DNA from: Chitinophagaceae bacterium
GTDB lineage: Bacteria > Bacteroidota > Bacteroidia > Chitinophagales > Chitinophagaceae
Reading direction: 5' to 3'
DNA length: 64,000 nucleotides
Assembly: GCA_947466405.1 (NCBI GenBank)
Contig: CANICR010000001.1
Span: 5,779 to 69,778 of the forward strand
Below are positions 1 through 9,566 of this stretch, one piece after another. Below the pieces are notes generated by a model that was not told the origin of the DNA, did not search any database, and saw only the letters and a list, made by a program, of their open reading frames with translations. Within the stretch, counting starts at the first letter, position 1. Each line of letters opens with the position of its first letter. A program made the translations under genes and the position numbers.

Positions 1-49
1 GTTGTGTGATTTAAGTTTGTTTGTATAGTTTGTTCGTTTAATGACATTT

Positions 50-1096
50 TTATTTATTTGTTTTCTTTTGATTAAATTTATTTAACTGATTGTTGGTTTT
101 AGTTGTTGGCAATACTACTTTTCTAATAATCGAATCACTTCCAGGATTATCATCTCTTTGTAATGAATTTAATATTATAGAGATGTCAGTAGAACTCATT
201 TCGGATTTATTGGAAAAATTCTTAGTCGTATCTGAAGCCATTTTGGTAGAATATTCTGCCAATGTCTTCATGATTTTTATTGTTTGCAATGAATCAGCAA
301 TTATTTCAGATTTTCCTTTAATGCTCGCTACCACTTGCCCCTTATATTGGAGATTTATTTTATTATATTTATTAATCCCGTAAATAGGTATAATTTTTTT
401 ATAAAAAAGTTCAAGCTTTTCAAATTTCTTTACCATATCAGCTGTATCGCCAAACAAAATTATTTGGCTACCAATTTTTGGCACCAATTCAAAATGCCCA
501 ACTTTATTGATGTCAATCTGGTCAATCATTGACATCAATAATGAATCTTTCTGAATACATAAACTCATTAGATTTATTGATGCAAGCAAACTGCTGTCAT
601 TTTTTTTCATCCCTTTTAAGATCGATGGAAAGCTTGTGAAAATAGGCAGTCTAGTGGTATGTTTATTACTGATTGGCAATATCCTGCTACTATTGTCGAT
701 ATAAAACGAATTGCCATCTAAGGTAAAAACCCTCGCAATAGGCTCCCTTTCCTGAACCTGTATTTTTAACATCCCTTTATTATCAAAATAAAGTACTGCT
801 TTGTTTAACCAAATATCTTTCTCCAATTCACTCTCCATTTTTTCAAGATTGAATTCCTTAATAGGTTTCCCTATTATTTTTTCTCCTGAATACCTTTGAA
901 TAACCTTTTTGATGTCTTGCTTATCGATAAAATAATGATTGCTAACCCCATCAATATCAATATCAATGCCTGTGCACAATTCTGCATCTTTTTTATTAAA
1001 TGCAACAATAAGCAGAAAGCACACTCCCCCCGCTAAGCTTACCCAAAATAGGCTTAGTAATATTTTCTTGAATTTTATTTTACCTAGCATTTTCAT
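50..1096 (-). CDS. ftsQ: Cell division protein FtsQ with C-terminal extension
   Basis: Single N-terminal TM, POTRA-like region (LEKDIWLNKAVLYFD...VQEREPIARV), ends domain with INLQYKGQVV; directly after murC in the dcw cluster. Confidence 0.9.
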   Translation of the reverse strand: MKMLGKIKFKKILLSLFWVSLAGGVCFLLIVAFNKKDAELCTGIDIDIDGVSNHYFIDKQDIKKVIQRYSGEKIIGKPIKEFNLEKMESELEKDIWLNKAVLYFDNKGMLKIQVQEREPIARVFTLDGNSFYIDNSSRILPISNKHTTRLPIFTSFPSILKGMKKNDSSLLASINLMSLCIQKDSLLMSMIDQIDINKVGHFELVPKIGSQIILFGDTADMVKKFEKLELFYKKIIPIYGINKYNKINLQYKGQVVASIKGKSEIIADSLQTIKIMKTLAEYSTKMASDTTKNFSNKSEMSSTDISIILNSLQRDDNPGSDSIIRKVVLPTTKTNNQLNKFNQKKTNK

Positions 1097-1111
1097 TAAA
1101 TAAAAACTCCT

Positions 1112-2518
1112 TTAAATTAATATACTGTTCTTAATAGGCATTACAAGGCTATCAATATCGCCAGCCCCTGCCATTATTAATACTTCAGTATTTTTTTTAT
1201 TTTTTAACAACTCTAACAATTCTTCTTTTGATACTAACACAACTTTATTCATCCCCATTTTCTCAGCAATCAATTCACTTGTAATACCTTTGATTGGTTT
1301 TTCCCGCGCAGGATAAATAGGCAATAAAAACACTTCATCCGCTAAACTCAATGCATTTGCAAAACCCTCTACAAAATCTCTTGTTCTACTATACAGATGT
1401 GGCTGAAATACCAGAGAACATTTTTTCCCTGGGAACAACCCACGTACTCCTTTAATTAAGGCTTCTAATTCGCTTGGGTGATGAGCATAGTCATCAATCA
1501 TGACCATTTGATCACTTTTGATAACATATTCAAATCTCCTCTTCACACCTTGAAAAGTTGCAATTGCTTCTTTAATTTTTACGTCGCTTATACCTAATTT
1601 CTTTGCAACAAAAATGGCGGCAATTGCATTTTCTATATTGTGCAATCCTCCCATATTCAACTCAACTTTTTCTATCTCAACTCCAGCAATCATTACATCA
1701 AATTGATACGATCCATTTATCGATGTTAAATTCTTAGCATATGCATCAGCTGTTGCTTTATTTAAATCATAAGTCACTTTTTCTGAACAAACAAAATCTT
1801 TATGCCTATCCAGCCCTTCCTTGCAAATTAATAGTCCATCATTTTTTACCTTTTCAGAAAAAGAAACAAAAGCATCTGAAAAATTTTTCTTTGTTTCATA
1901 AATATCCAAATGGTCTGGATCCATGGCAGTTATTATCGCGATATCTGGATTTAATTTCAAAAAGCTTCTATCATACTCATCCGCTTCAATAACACATACA
2001 TTATTTGTATCACTCCAAAAATTTGTATTATAATTGGATGCAATTCCGCCTAAAAATGCATTGCAACCATAACCGCTATGCCTTAAAATATGAGCTATCA
2101 TACTACTCGTTGTTGTTTTTCCATGAGTTCCAGCAACGCATATATTAAATGAACTTTTTGTGATCAATGCCAACACCTCACTTCTTTTCAATAGAACATA
2201 TCCATTCTCAATAAGAAATGTATATTCCTGATGATCCGATGGAATTGCAGGGGTATATACAACAAAATCTGCTTCTTCATCAACCATTGCAATACTATCT
2301 TCATAATGCACTGAAATTCCTTCGGCTTGTAACTGTTTCGTTAATACTGTTTCTGTTTTGTCATAGCCGCTAACCTTAATTCCTCTACTATTGAAATATC
2401 TTGCAATAGCACTCATGCCTATGCCTCCAATTCCTAAAAAATAAATCGATCTTAATTCATTTGAATCAATCGACGATTTTTCAAAATACTTTTCTATATC
2501 GTTAATAGTCTTTTTCAA
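1112..2518 (-). CDS. murC: UDP-N-acetylmuramate--L-alanine ligase
   Basis: GIGGIGMS, VAGTHGKTTT, EADEYDRSFL, DDYAHHP and FQPHLYSRT motifs; TTG start overlaps the murG stop. Confidence 0.97.
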   Translation of the reverse strand: MKKTINDIEKYFEKSSIDSNELRSIYFLGIGGIGMSAIARYFNSRGIKVSGYDKTETVLTKQLQAEGISVHYEDSIAMVDEEADFVVYTPAIPSDHQEYTFLIENGYVLLKRSEVLALITKSSFNICVAGTHGKTTTSSMIAHILRHSGYGCNAFLGGIASNYNTNFWSDTNNVCVIEADEYDRSFLKLNPDIAIITAMDPDHLDIYETKKNFSDAFVSFSEKVKNDGLLICKEGLDRHKDFVCSEKVTYDLNKATADAYAKNLTSINGSYQFDVMIAGVEIEKVELNMGGLHNIENAIAAIFVAKKLGISDVKIKEAIATFQGVKRRFEYVIKSDQMVMIDDYAHHPSELEALIKGVRGLFPGKKCSLVFQPHLYSRTRDFVEGFANALSLADEVFLLPIYPAREKPIKGITSELIAEKMGMNKVVLVSKEELLELLKNKKNTEVLIMAGAGDIDSLVMPIKNSILI

Positions 2519-3612
2519 TTCAAGTATTCCAATATTTGTTGAGCAATAACTATATCTGCATTCTTTACAATTAATTTTTCTATATTATCTACCATTTTTT
2601 TTTGCATTGCCACTTCTTTAGAAAGTGCTATCACTTTAGGCACCAACTCTTTAATAGCATTTTTATCTTCCACCATTAACGCCGCATTTTGATCAACCAA
2701 TTTCTGTGCGTTTGCTTTTTGATGATCTTCTGCCGCAAAAGGGAATGGCACAAAAACTACTGGCTTTTTTACAATACACAATTCAGATATTGACATAGCG
2801 CCACTTCTACTAATTACTATATCCGCAGCAGCATATGCATAATTCATTTTATTTATAAAATCAGTAACAAAAACATTTTGTTTTCCTTTAGATTTTTCTT
2901 CTGCTTGTTCAAAATATATTTTTCCTGTTTGCCAAATCAACTGTAGATCATTTTGCTCAAATAATTCAAGGCTATTACTGATTGATTCGTTTATACTCCT
3001 GGCGCCCAAACTTCCTCCAATTACTAAAACGACCTTTTTACTCGCATTCAATCCAAAAAATTCGATTGCTTCTTTTTTGTCTATTCTCCAATTAATAATT
3101 TCATCCCTAACCGGATTTCCAGTTATTCTTATTTTCGATTTAGGAAAAAAAGATTCCATCTTATCAGTAGCTGTAAAAATCAAATCAGCTTTTTTAGCCA
3201 ACATGATATTACTTTTGCCGGCATAAGAATTGGCTTCATGAATAAATGTAGGAATGCCTTTATATTGAGCATATCGCAACATAGGAAATGTTGAATAGCC
3301 TCCTACACCAATAACAGCATCTGGCTTATATTTAGCGGTAATATCTGCCACCTGAAAAAAGCTTTTAGCTATTTTATAAGGCAACCCAATATTTTTAATC
3401 AAAGAACTTCTATTAAACCCAGATATACTTAACCCCTTAATTTCAAACCCTGCTAGTGGTATTTTTTCCATTTCCATTTTTCCTTTTGCTCCCACAAAAA
3501 GAAAAGAAGATGATGGAGATAACTTCTTTATTGCATTTGCAATAGCAATTGCAGGGAAGATATGCCCTCCCGTGCCGCCGCCTGCAATAATAAATTTTTT
3601 ACCTTCTTTCAT
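2515..3612 (-). CDS. murG: Lipid II GlcNAc transferase MurG
   Basis: GGGTGGHIFP, GGSLGA, SRSGA and DHQKANA motifs. Confidence 0.97.
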   Translation of the reverse strand: MKEGKKFIIAGGGTGGHIFPAIAIANAIKKLSPSSSFLFVGAKGKMEMEKIPLAGFEIKGLSISGFNRSSLIKNIGLPYKIAKSFFQVADITAKYKPDAVIGVGGYSTFPMLRYAQYKGIPTFIHEANSYAGKSNIMLAKKADLIFTATDKMESFFPKSKIRITGNPVRDEIINWRIDKKEAIEFFGLNASKKVVLVIGGSLGARSINESISNSLELFEQNDLQLIWQTGKIYFEQAEEKSKGKQNVFVTDFINKMNYAYAAADIVISRSGAMSISELCIVKKPVVFVPFPFAAEDHQKANAQKLVDQNAALMVEDKNAIKELVPKVIALSKEVAMQKKMVDNIEKLIVKNADIVIAQQILEYLN

Positions 3613-3621
3613 TTTTATTTT

Positions 3622-4962
3622 TTATCCAACAACTTCTTCCTGTTTACTTTCATTAATCAACTCGCTTTCAGTTGTAACTTTTTCTAACTGCGATCCTTCT
3701 AGCTGCTCCACATTTCTCGCTACGCTTAATATTATACCAATGGATATGCAAGTAAAAATAAAACTACTTCCACCCATACTTATCAATGGCAGTGTAACCC
3801 CTGTGTTTGGAAATAAGTTTACATTAACACCCATATTTACAATAGCTTGGATTACCAAAGTAAAACTTAATGCTAATGCCAAAAAAGCACCAAATGCAAA
3901 CGGACATTTCCTATATAATCTAATGCACCTGAATAAAAAAAGTAAATACATAAATAAAATAAATCCAGCTCCTATCAACCCATACTCTTCAATAATAATG
4001 GCATAAATAAAATCACTATAGCTATGTGGTAAAAAATTCCTTTCAACACTATTACCTGGCCCTCTTCCCATCCATCCACCATTTGCTATTGCAATTTTTG
4101 CCTGATTTATTTGATAAGACTTCTCACTTTCATCTTCTTTATTGCTGTATAAAAATGTTTGAATTCTGCTAATCCAAGTAGGCACTCTGCCTCCTAAAAA
4201 TTCCGGTAATTTTTCTGACTGATGCTTTTCTTTATTATATGTACTCATCGCTATGCTTACTAATAACAAAATTGGCAACATCGCTAACCCTATAGTAAGT
4301 AATATATGTTTGGCACTTACTCTTCCTATAAACATCAACATAATACTTGTTCCTCCTATTAATAATGCTGTAGATAAATTTGCAGGAGCAATCAAGACGC
4401 ATATAATTCCGACAGATAAAATAAGCGGCAAGAATCCTTTTTTGAATGATTTAATTACATGCTGCCTTCGACTTAATATTCTGCTCATAAACATGAACAA
4501 AGATAATTTTGCCAAATCTGAAGTCTGAAAAGTTTGATTAATAATAGGAAGTTTTATCCAGCGACTACCTTCATTAAGTTGCACACCTAAAAAAAGCGTA
4601 TACACCAATAAAGGGATTGAAATTAAAAATGCAAATAATGCCACCTTGTAATAAAAGGTATAGTTAACCTGATGCAGAAAATAAATTACCAAGAACCCTA
4701 CGATTGTAAATGCGAACTGTTTAAACAAATAACTTTCCGTTGTTCTACTCATTCTATATGCCAAAGATCCTGTACTACTATATACTAATAATAAACTACT
4801 CAGTGTAAGAATTATCACAATTGCCCATATAACCTTGTCTCCCTTTGTTTTTTTAACAAGATTATCACCCATATCTCCAATACCTCTTAAAGGTGCAGCC
4901 GCTATAACCTCTTTGTTTTGAGTCGAAGTAACTATTTCCTTTAATTTAGTAATTAGATTCAT
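3622..4962 (-). CDS. ftsW: SEDS-family peptidoglycan polymerase FtsW
   Basis: Multi-TM, RWI, FQTSDLAK, SDFIYAII and LPLISMGGSS motifs; between murD and murG. An alternative start at 4872 (MGDNLV) is possible. Confidence 0.93.
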   Translation of the reverse strand: MNLITKLKEIVTSTQNKEVIAAAPLRGIGDMGDNLVKKTKGDKVIWAIVIILTLSSLLLVYSSTGSLAYRMSRTTESYLFKQFAFTIVGFLVIYFLHQVNYTFYYKVALFAFLISIPLLVYTLFLGVQLNEGSRWIKLPIINQTFQTSDLAKLSLFMFMSRILSRRQHVIKSFKKGFLPLILSVGIICVLIAPANLSTALLIGGTSIMLMFIGRVSAKHILLTIGLAMLPILLLVSIAMSTYNKEKHQSEKLPEFLGGRVPTWISRIQTFLYSNKEDESEKSYQINQAKIAIANGGWMGRGPGNSVERNFLPHSYSDFIYAIIIEEYGLIGAGFILFMYLLFLFRCIRLYRKCPFAFGAFLALALSFTLVIQAIVNMGVNVNLFPNTGVTLPLISMGGSSFIFTCISIGIILSVARNVEQLEGSQLEKVTTESELINESKQEEVVG

Positions 4963-5056
4963 TATTAATTTAGTTTGTCTGACTTAACAATCTTTATTGT
5001 TATTTTTAAATGGCTTAAATATTATTTCGAATTATTTAGTTCAGTATTATAATATG

Positions 5057-6394
5057 TTATAAATTTCTAACCGCTTGCCTAAACTGTGTTCCTCTATCTT
5101 CATAATTCTTAAATAAATCAAAACTCGCACAGGCAGGGCTTAATAAAACCACTTCTCCTTTATTAGCAAAATGGAATGAAGAAGTTACTGCCTCTTCAGC
5201 ACTTGACGCTTCTACAATTAAAGGAATAATATCTCCAAAAGCTTCGTGAATTTTTTGATTATCTGTTCCCAGACATACAATTGCTTTTACCTTTTCCATG
5301 ACTAACTCTTTTAAAAGATTATAATCATTTCCTTTATCTACTCCACCTAAAATTAATATTACCGGCTTTGTCATGCTCTCTAATGCAAACCAAGTGCTAT
5401 TAACATTTGTAGCTTTGCTATCATTAACGAATTCAACACCCTTGATGGTAGCTACAGATTCCATTCTATGCTCTAAACTTTGAAAAGTTTGTAAAGCTTC
5501 CCTGATTTTTTCTTTTCGAATGTCTAATGCCGTTGCGGCCATACTTGCAGCCATACTATTGTATTGATTGTGTTTGCCTTTAATTGCAAAGTCTTCTACA
5601 CTCATTTGCATTTCTTCATTTTTCCATTTTAGGTGCATCATGGCATTGGTCAGGTATGCTCCTTGTGGTAATTCTTTACTCATAGTGATGGGGACTTGGG
5701 TTGATTTAATTGGATACTTTTTAATAGATTTCATAGTTACAGCATCATCCATATTATAGATAAACAGATCGTCGTCGTTTTGATTTTCAATTATCCTAAA
5801 TTTGCTTGCTATATAATTTTCAAAATTGTAGTCATACCTGTCTAAATGATCTTCTGTAATATTTGTAAGAACAGCCACATTAGGTCGAAATGATTTTATA
5901 TCATCTAATTGAAATGAACTAATCTCTAATACATAAATGTCTTTGGGATTAGTGGCTAATTGTCTTGCAAATGAATAACCAATATTCCCTACCATAGCAC
6001 AGCTCTTTTCGGCATGATTTATAATATGATAGGTTAAAGCAGTTGTGGTAGTCTTGCCATTGCTTCCAGTGATTGCAATAACTTTACTACTGCCGATATA
6101 TCGATATGAAAATTCAATTTCGCTGATAATAGAAATGTTTTTGCTTCTTATCTTCTGTATGATGTTCGTTTTTTCGGGAATACCAGGACTTTTTATTACC
6201 TCATTTGCATCCAGGATTTTATTTAACGTATGCCCATTCTCCTCAAATGATATCTGTTCCTTTATAAGTTCAGATTTATGTATCTCAGAAATCATTCCGC
6301 CATCGCTTACAAAAACATCATACCCTCGTTGCTTCGCAAGCATTGCTGCACCAACACCACTTTCTCCAGCTCCAAGAATTACAATTTTTTGCAT
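5057..6394 (-). CDS. murD: UDP-MurNAc-L-Ala--D-glutamate ligase
   Basis: ITGSNGKTTT, EISSFQL, NDSKATN and LLSPACASFD motifs. Confidence 0.97.
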   Translation of the reverse strand: MQKIVILGAGESGVGAAMLAKQRGYDVFVSDGGMISEIHKSELIKEQISFEENGHTLNKILDANEVIKSPGIPEKTNIIQKIRSKNISIISEIEFSYRYIGSSKVIAITGSNGKTTTTALTYHIINHAEKSCAMVGNIGYSFARQLATNPKDIYVLEISSFQLDDIKSFRPNVAVLTNITEDHLDRYDYNFENYIASKFRIIENQNDDDLFIYNMDDAVTMKSIKKYPIKSTQVPITMSKELPQGAYLTNAMMHLKWKNEEMQMSVEDFAIKGKHNQYNSMAASMAATALDIRKEKIREALQTFQSLEHRMESVATIKGVEFVNDSKATNVNSTWFALESMTKPVILILGGVDKGNDYNLLKELVMEKVKAIVCLGTDNQKIHEAFGDIIPLIVEASSAEEAVTSSFHFANKGEVVLLSPACASFDLFKNYEDRGTQFRQAVRNL

Positions 6395-6760
6395 TTACTT
6401 TTTTGTTTGTTTATTCAACAATTCAACTACGGCTTCAGAAATATTATTAATCACGCTTGCCTTTTTACAGCATCTGTGAATTTTTTAAAAGAGTTTTCAT
6501 ATTCGTCAACATCATTTTTACTAATGATATTGCAGATTTATTTGGACCGAACCGGGCTAACCCAATTACAAATCCGTTTTTTTAGTTTTCAGGTAGGATT
6601 AAAAACGGTTCTTCAATGGTATTGACATTTACAGGACAAACTTGGCCTAAAATATCGTGTTTGGTTTAGGATAAAAATGGTTCTTCAAAAGCATCGAATT
6701 TAATGGGTTGTTAGTTTTCAATGGGTAACAAATTGCAGTATCATTAATCAATTTTTATTA
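6395..6760 (-). pseudogene. Possible decayed ORF between mraY and murD
   Basis: 366-bp gap with stop-broken minus-strand frames; the last fragment (VINNISEAVVELLNKQTKK*) ends at a TAA abutting the murD ATG; internal 22/23-bp imperfect repeat. Confidence 0.3.
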
Positions 6761-8059
6761 TTATCTTAATTTCAGTGTAACAATTGCCAATGCCACACTA
6801 AATATTGTTATAATCCAAAACCTTACGGCTATTTTACTTTCATGAAATCCTTTTTTTTGATAATGATGATGCAAAGGACTCATTAAAAATACCCGCCGAC
6901 CTTCACCATATTTTTTTTTGGAGTACTTGAAATAGCTTACCTGAATTATCACACTTAGATTCTCAATTAAAAAAACCATACAAAAAATCGGTATCAATAA
7001 TTCTTTACGCACGATAATAGCTAACGCAGCAATAATTCCTCCCAAAGCCAAACTTCCCGTATCTCCCATAAAAACCTGTGCCGGATAAGAATTATACCAC
7101 AGAAATCCAATACAGGAACCAACAAAAGCTGCAATAAAAATTGACAACTCTCCTAAATTAGGGATATACATAATATTTAAATACTCAGCAAATTTTATAT
7201 TGCCACTTACATAAGCAAATATGCCTAGACATATTCCAATTATTGCACTAACTCCTGTAGCTAAGCCATCTAAACCATCTGTAATATTTGCACCATTAGA
7301 AACTGCTGTTACAATAAAAATAACAATCAGTATATAAATGATATAGGTATAATCTTGTAAACTCTTGGGTAATAGCCTAGCATAATTAAACTCGTGTCCT
7401 TTTACAAATGGTATTGTGGTAATTACATTTTTTGCATCAGTAAAAATTCTTTTTTTGCCATCTATAGATATAGTATCGAATTTTATTTTTACTCCTTTTT
7501 GATTAGTCATAACAGGCTGACTTAATGATACCACCTCTCTTTTTACGATAACATTTTGATTAAAATAAAGTGTTGCCCCTACTATAATACCTAATATTAC
7601 TTGTCCAAATATTTTGAATTTGCCCGCAAGGCCATCATCATTTGATTTTTTATAATCAATTCCTTTTTCTTTTGCTAATCGCTTCGATCTTATTTTCAAA
7701 TAATCATCAATAAACCCGATTGCTCCTAACCAAATTGTACATAATAACATTAATCTAATGTATACTTTATCCAAATTTGCCAGCAGAAATGTAGGAATGA
7801 TGATAGCAAGAATAATAATAATTCCGCCCATTGTAGGGGTTCCTTGTTTTTGCTGTTCCCCTGCTAATCCAAGATTTCTTACAGATTCTCCTAATTGTTT
7901 TTTCTGAAGGAAGGTGATTAATTTTTTACCAAATACGGTAGTGATTATAAGCGATAGTATCAACGCCAGCAAAACCCTGAATGTAATGAATTGAAAAAGT
8001 CCGATGCCAGGGAATCGATAACTTTCTTTTGCCATCCAATGAAAAAAATGATACAGCAT
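6761..8059 (-). CDS. mraY: Phospho-N-acetylmuramoyl-pentapeptide transferase
   Basis: [30 protein letters not shown] and PLHHHY motifs. Confidence 0.97.
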   Translation of the reverse strand: MLYHFFHWMAKESYRFPGIGLFQFITFRVLLALILSLIITTVFGKKLITFLQKKQLGESVRNLGLAGEQQKQGTPTMGGIIIILAIIIPTFLLANLDKVYIRLMLLCTIWLGAIGFIDDYLKIRSKRLAKEKGIDYKKSNDDGLAGKFKIFGQVILGIIVGATLYFNQNVIVKREVVSLSQPVMTNQKGVKIKFDTISIDGKKRIFTDAKNVITTIPFVKGHEFNYARLLPKSLQDYTYIIYILIVIFIVTAVSNGANITDGLDGLATGVSAIIGICLGIFAYVSGNIKFAEYLNIMYIPNLGELSIFIAAFVGSCIGFLWYNSYPAQVFMGDTGSLALGGIIAALAIIVRKELLIPIFCMVFLIENLSVIIQVSYFKYSKKKYGEGRRVFLMSPLHHHYQKKGFHESKIAVRFWIITIFSVALAIVTLKLR

Positions 8060-8094
8060 TTTTATTTTTTATTTTAACAGCCTTTTGTTGTTCT

Positions 8095-9555
8095 TTATTT
8101 TTCCAACAATTCAAACATTTCTTCTAATACTTTTTTATCATCAAAATCATATTTCACACCCTCTATTTCTTGATATTTTTCATGCCCCTTTCCAGCAATT
8201 AATAAAATATCTTTTTTTTGACAAAGATTAACAGCTGTTTTTATAGCTTCTCTTCTATCCGAAATTGTCATTGCTTTTTTTCTTGAAATAGTATTCACAC
8301 CCGACTCCATTTCTTTTAGAATTTGTATTGGATTTTCATTACGGGGATTGTCTGAAGTAAATATAACTTTGTCGCTATATTGACAGGCCACTTCTGCCAT
8401 TAAAGGCCTTTTGGCACTATCTCTATTTCCTCCACATCCTACTACGGTAATAATCTTTTGTTCTCCTTGCCTAAGATTTTTTATTGTTGCTAATACATTT
8501 AATAAGGCATCCGGAGTATGCGCGTAATCAATTATTCCCACAATCTTTTCATGCATGCTCAAAATTGAATCAAATCTTCCTTCTGCACCGGACAACATAC
8601 TCATTATCTCCAACACCTTAAATTTATCTTCCCCCAGTAAAATAGCAACAGCATAGACCGCTAAAAGATTGTACGCATTAAACTCGCCGATTAATTTAAA
8701 ATGAACATCAATATCATTAATACTCATATGCAAACCATCAAGGCTGTTTTCCAAAATCTTGCCTTTGTAATCGGCAATTGTTTTTAAACTATAAAAATGC
8801 TTTTTTGCCTTAGTATTTTGCAGCATTACAGCACCTCGCTTATCGTCTGCATTACTTATCGCGAATGAATCACTGGACAATGTGTCAAACCAGGATTTTT
8901 TTACTCGAATATACTCGTCAAATGTTTTGTGATAATCCAAATGATCATGTGTGATGTTACTAAAAACCGCTGCTGTGAAATGTATACCCGAAATTCTATG
9001 TTGATGAATTGCATGACTACTGCATTCCATAAATACATGCGTACACCCCTTATCCAACATTGTCTTTAATAAAATATTTAAGCTGATTACATCAGGAGTT
9101 GTGTGCGTAGAATTTAGTACTTCAATTCCGATTTTATTTTGAATGGTGCTAATTAAACCACACTTATATCCCAACCTTGAAAATAAATCCCATAGCAATG
9201 TTGCAATAGTTGTTTTCCCATTAGTTCCTGTTACACCAATGATTTTTATCCTTTTAGATGGCTCGTTAAAAAAATGATTGCACATTATTCCCGCAGCCAA
9301 CGCAGCATCTTCAACTATTATATAAGTGATATCTTCAATTATATCGACTGGCAGTTTTTCTGTAACAATGGCAACGGATCCATTATTTATTGCCTGACTA
9401 ATAAAAGCTACACCATTAACATTAATACCTTCAATAGCAATAAAACAACTACCCGGAGTTGTTTTCCTAGAATCTGTTTGTAAATTATGAATGGCGATAG
9501 AAGTACTTCCAATTACGGCCTTAATATTTACTGTATATAATAAATCTTTTAACAT
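8095..9555 (-). CDS. murE: UDP-MurNAc-dipeptide--meso-DAP ligase
   Basis: VTGTNGKTT, DYAHTPDAL and DNPR (DAP-specific) motifs, GKGHE. Confidence 0.96.
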   Translation of the reverse strand: MLKDLLYTVNIKAVIGSTSIAIHNLQTDSRKTTPGSCFIAIEGINVNGVAFISQAINNGSVAIVTEKLPVDIIEDITYIIVEDAALAAGIMCNHFFNEPSKRIKIIGVTGTNGKTTIATLLWDLFSRLGYKCGLISTIQNKIGIEVLNSTHTTPDVISLNILLKTMLDKGCTHVFMECSSHAIHQHRISGIHFTAAVFSNITHDHLDYHKTFDEYIRVKKSWFDTLSSDSFAISNADDKRGAVMLQNTKAKKHFYSLKTIADYKGKILENSLDGLHMSINDIDVHFKLIGEFNAYNLLAVYAVAILLGEDKFKVLEIMSMLSGAEGRFDSILSMHEKIVGIIDYAHTPDALLNVLATIKNLRQGEQKIITVVGCGGNRDSAKRPLMAEVACQYSDKVIFTSDNPRNENPIQILKEMESGVNTISRKKAMTISDRREAIKTAVNLCQKKDILLIAGKGHEKYQEIEGVKYDFDDKKVLEEMFELLEK

Positions 9556-9566
9556 ATTTATTGCTC

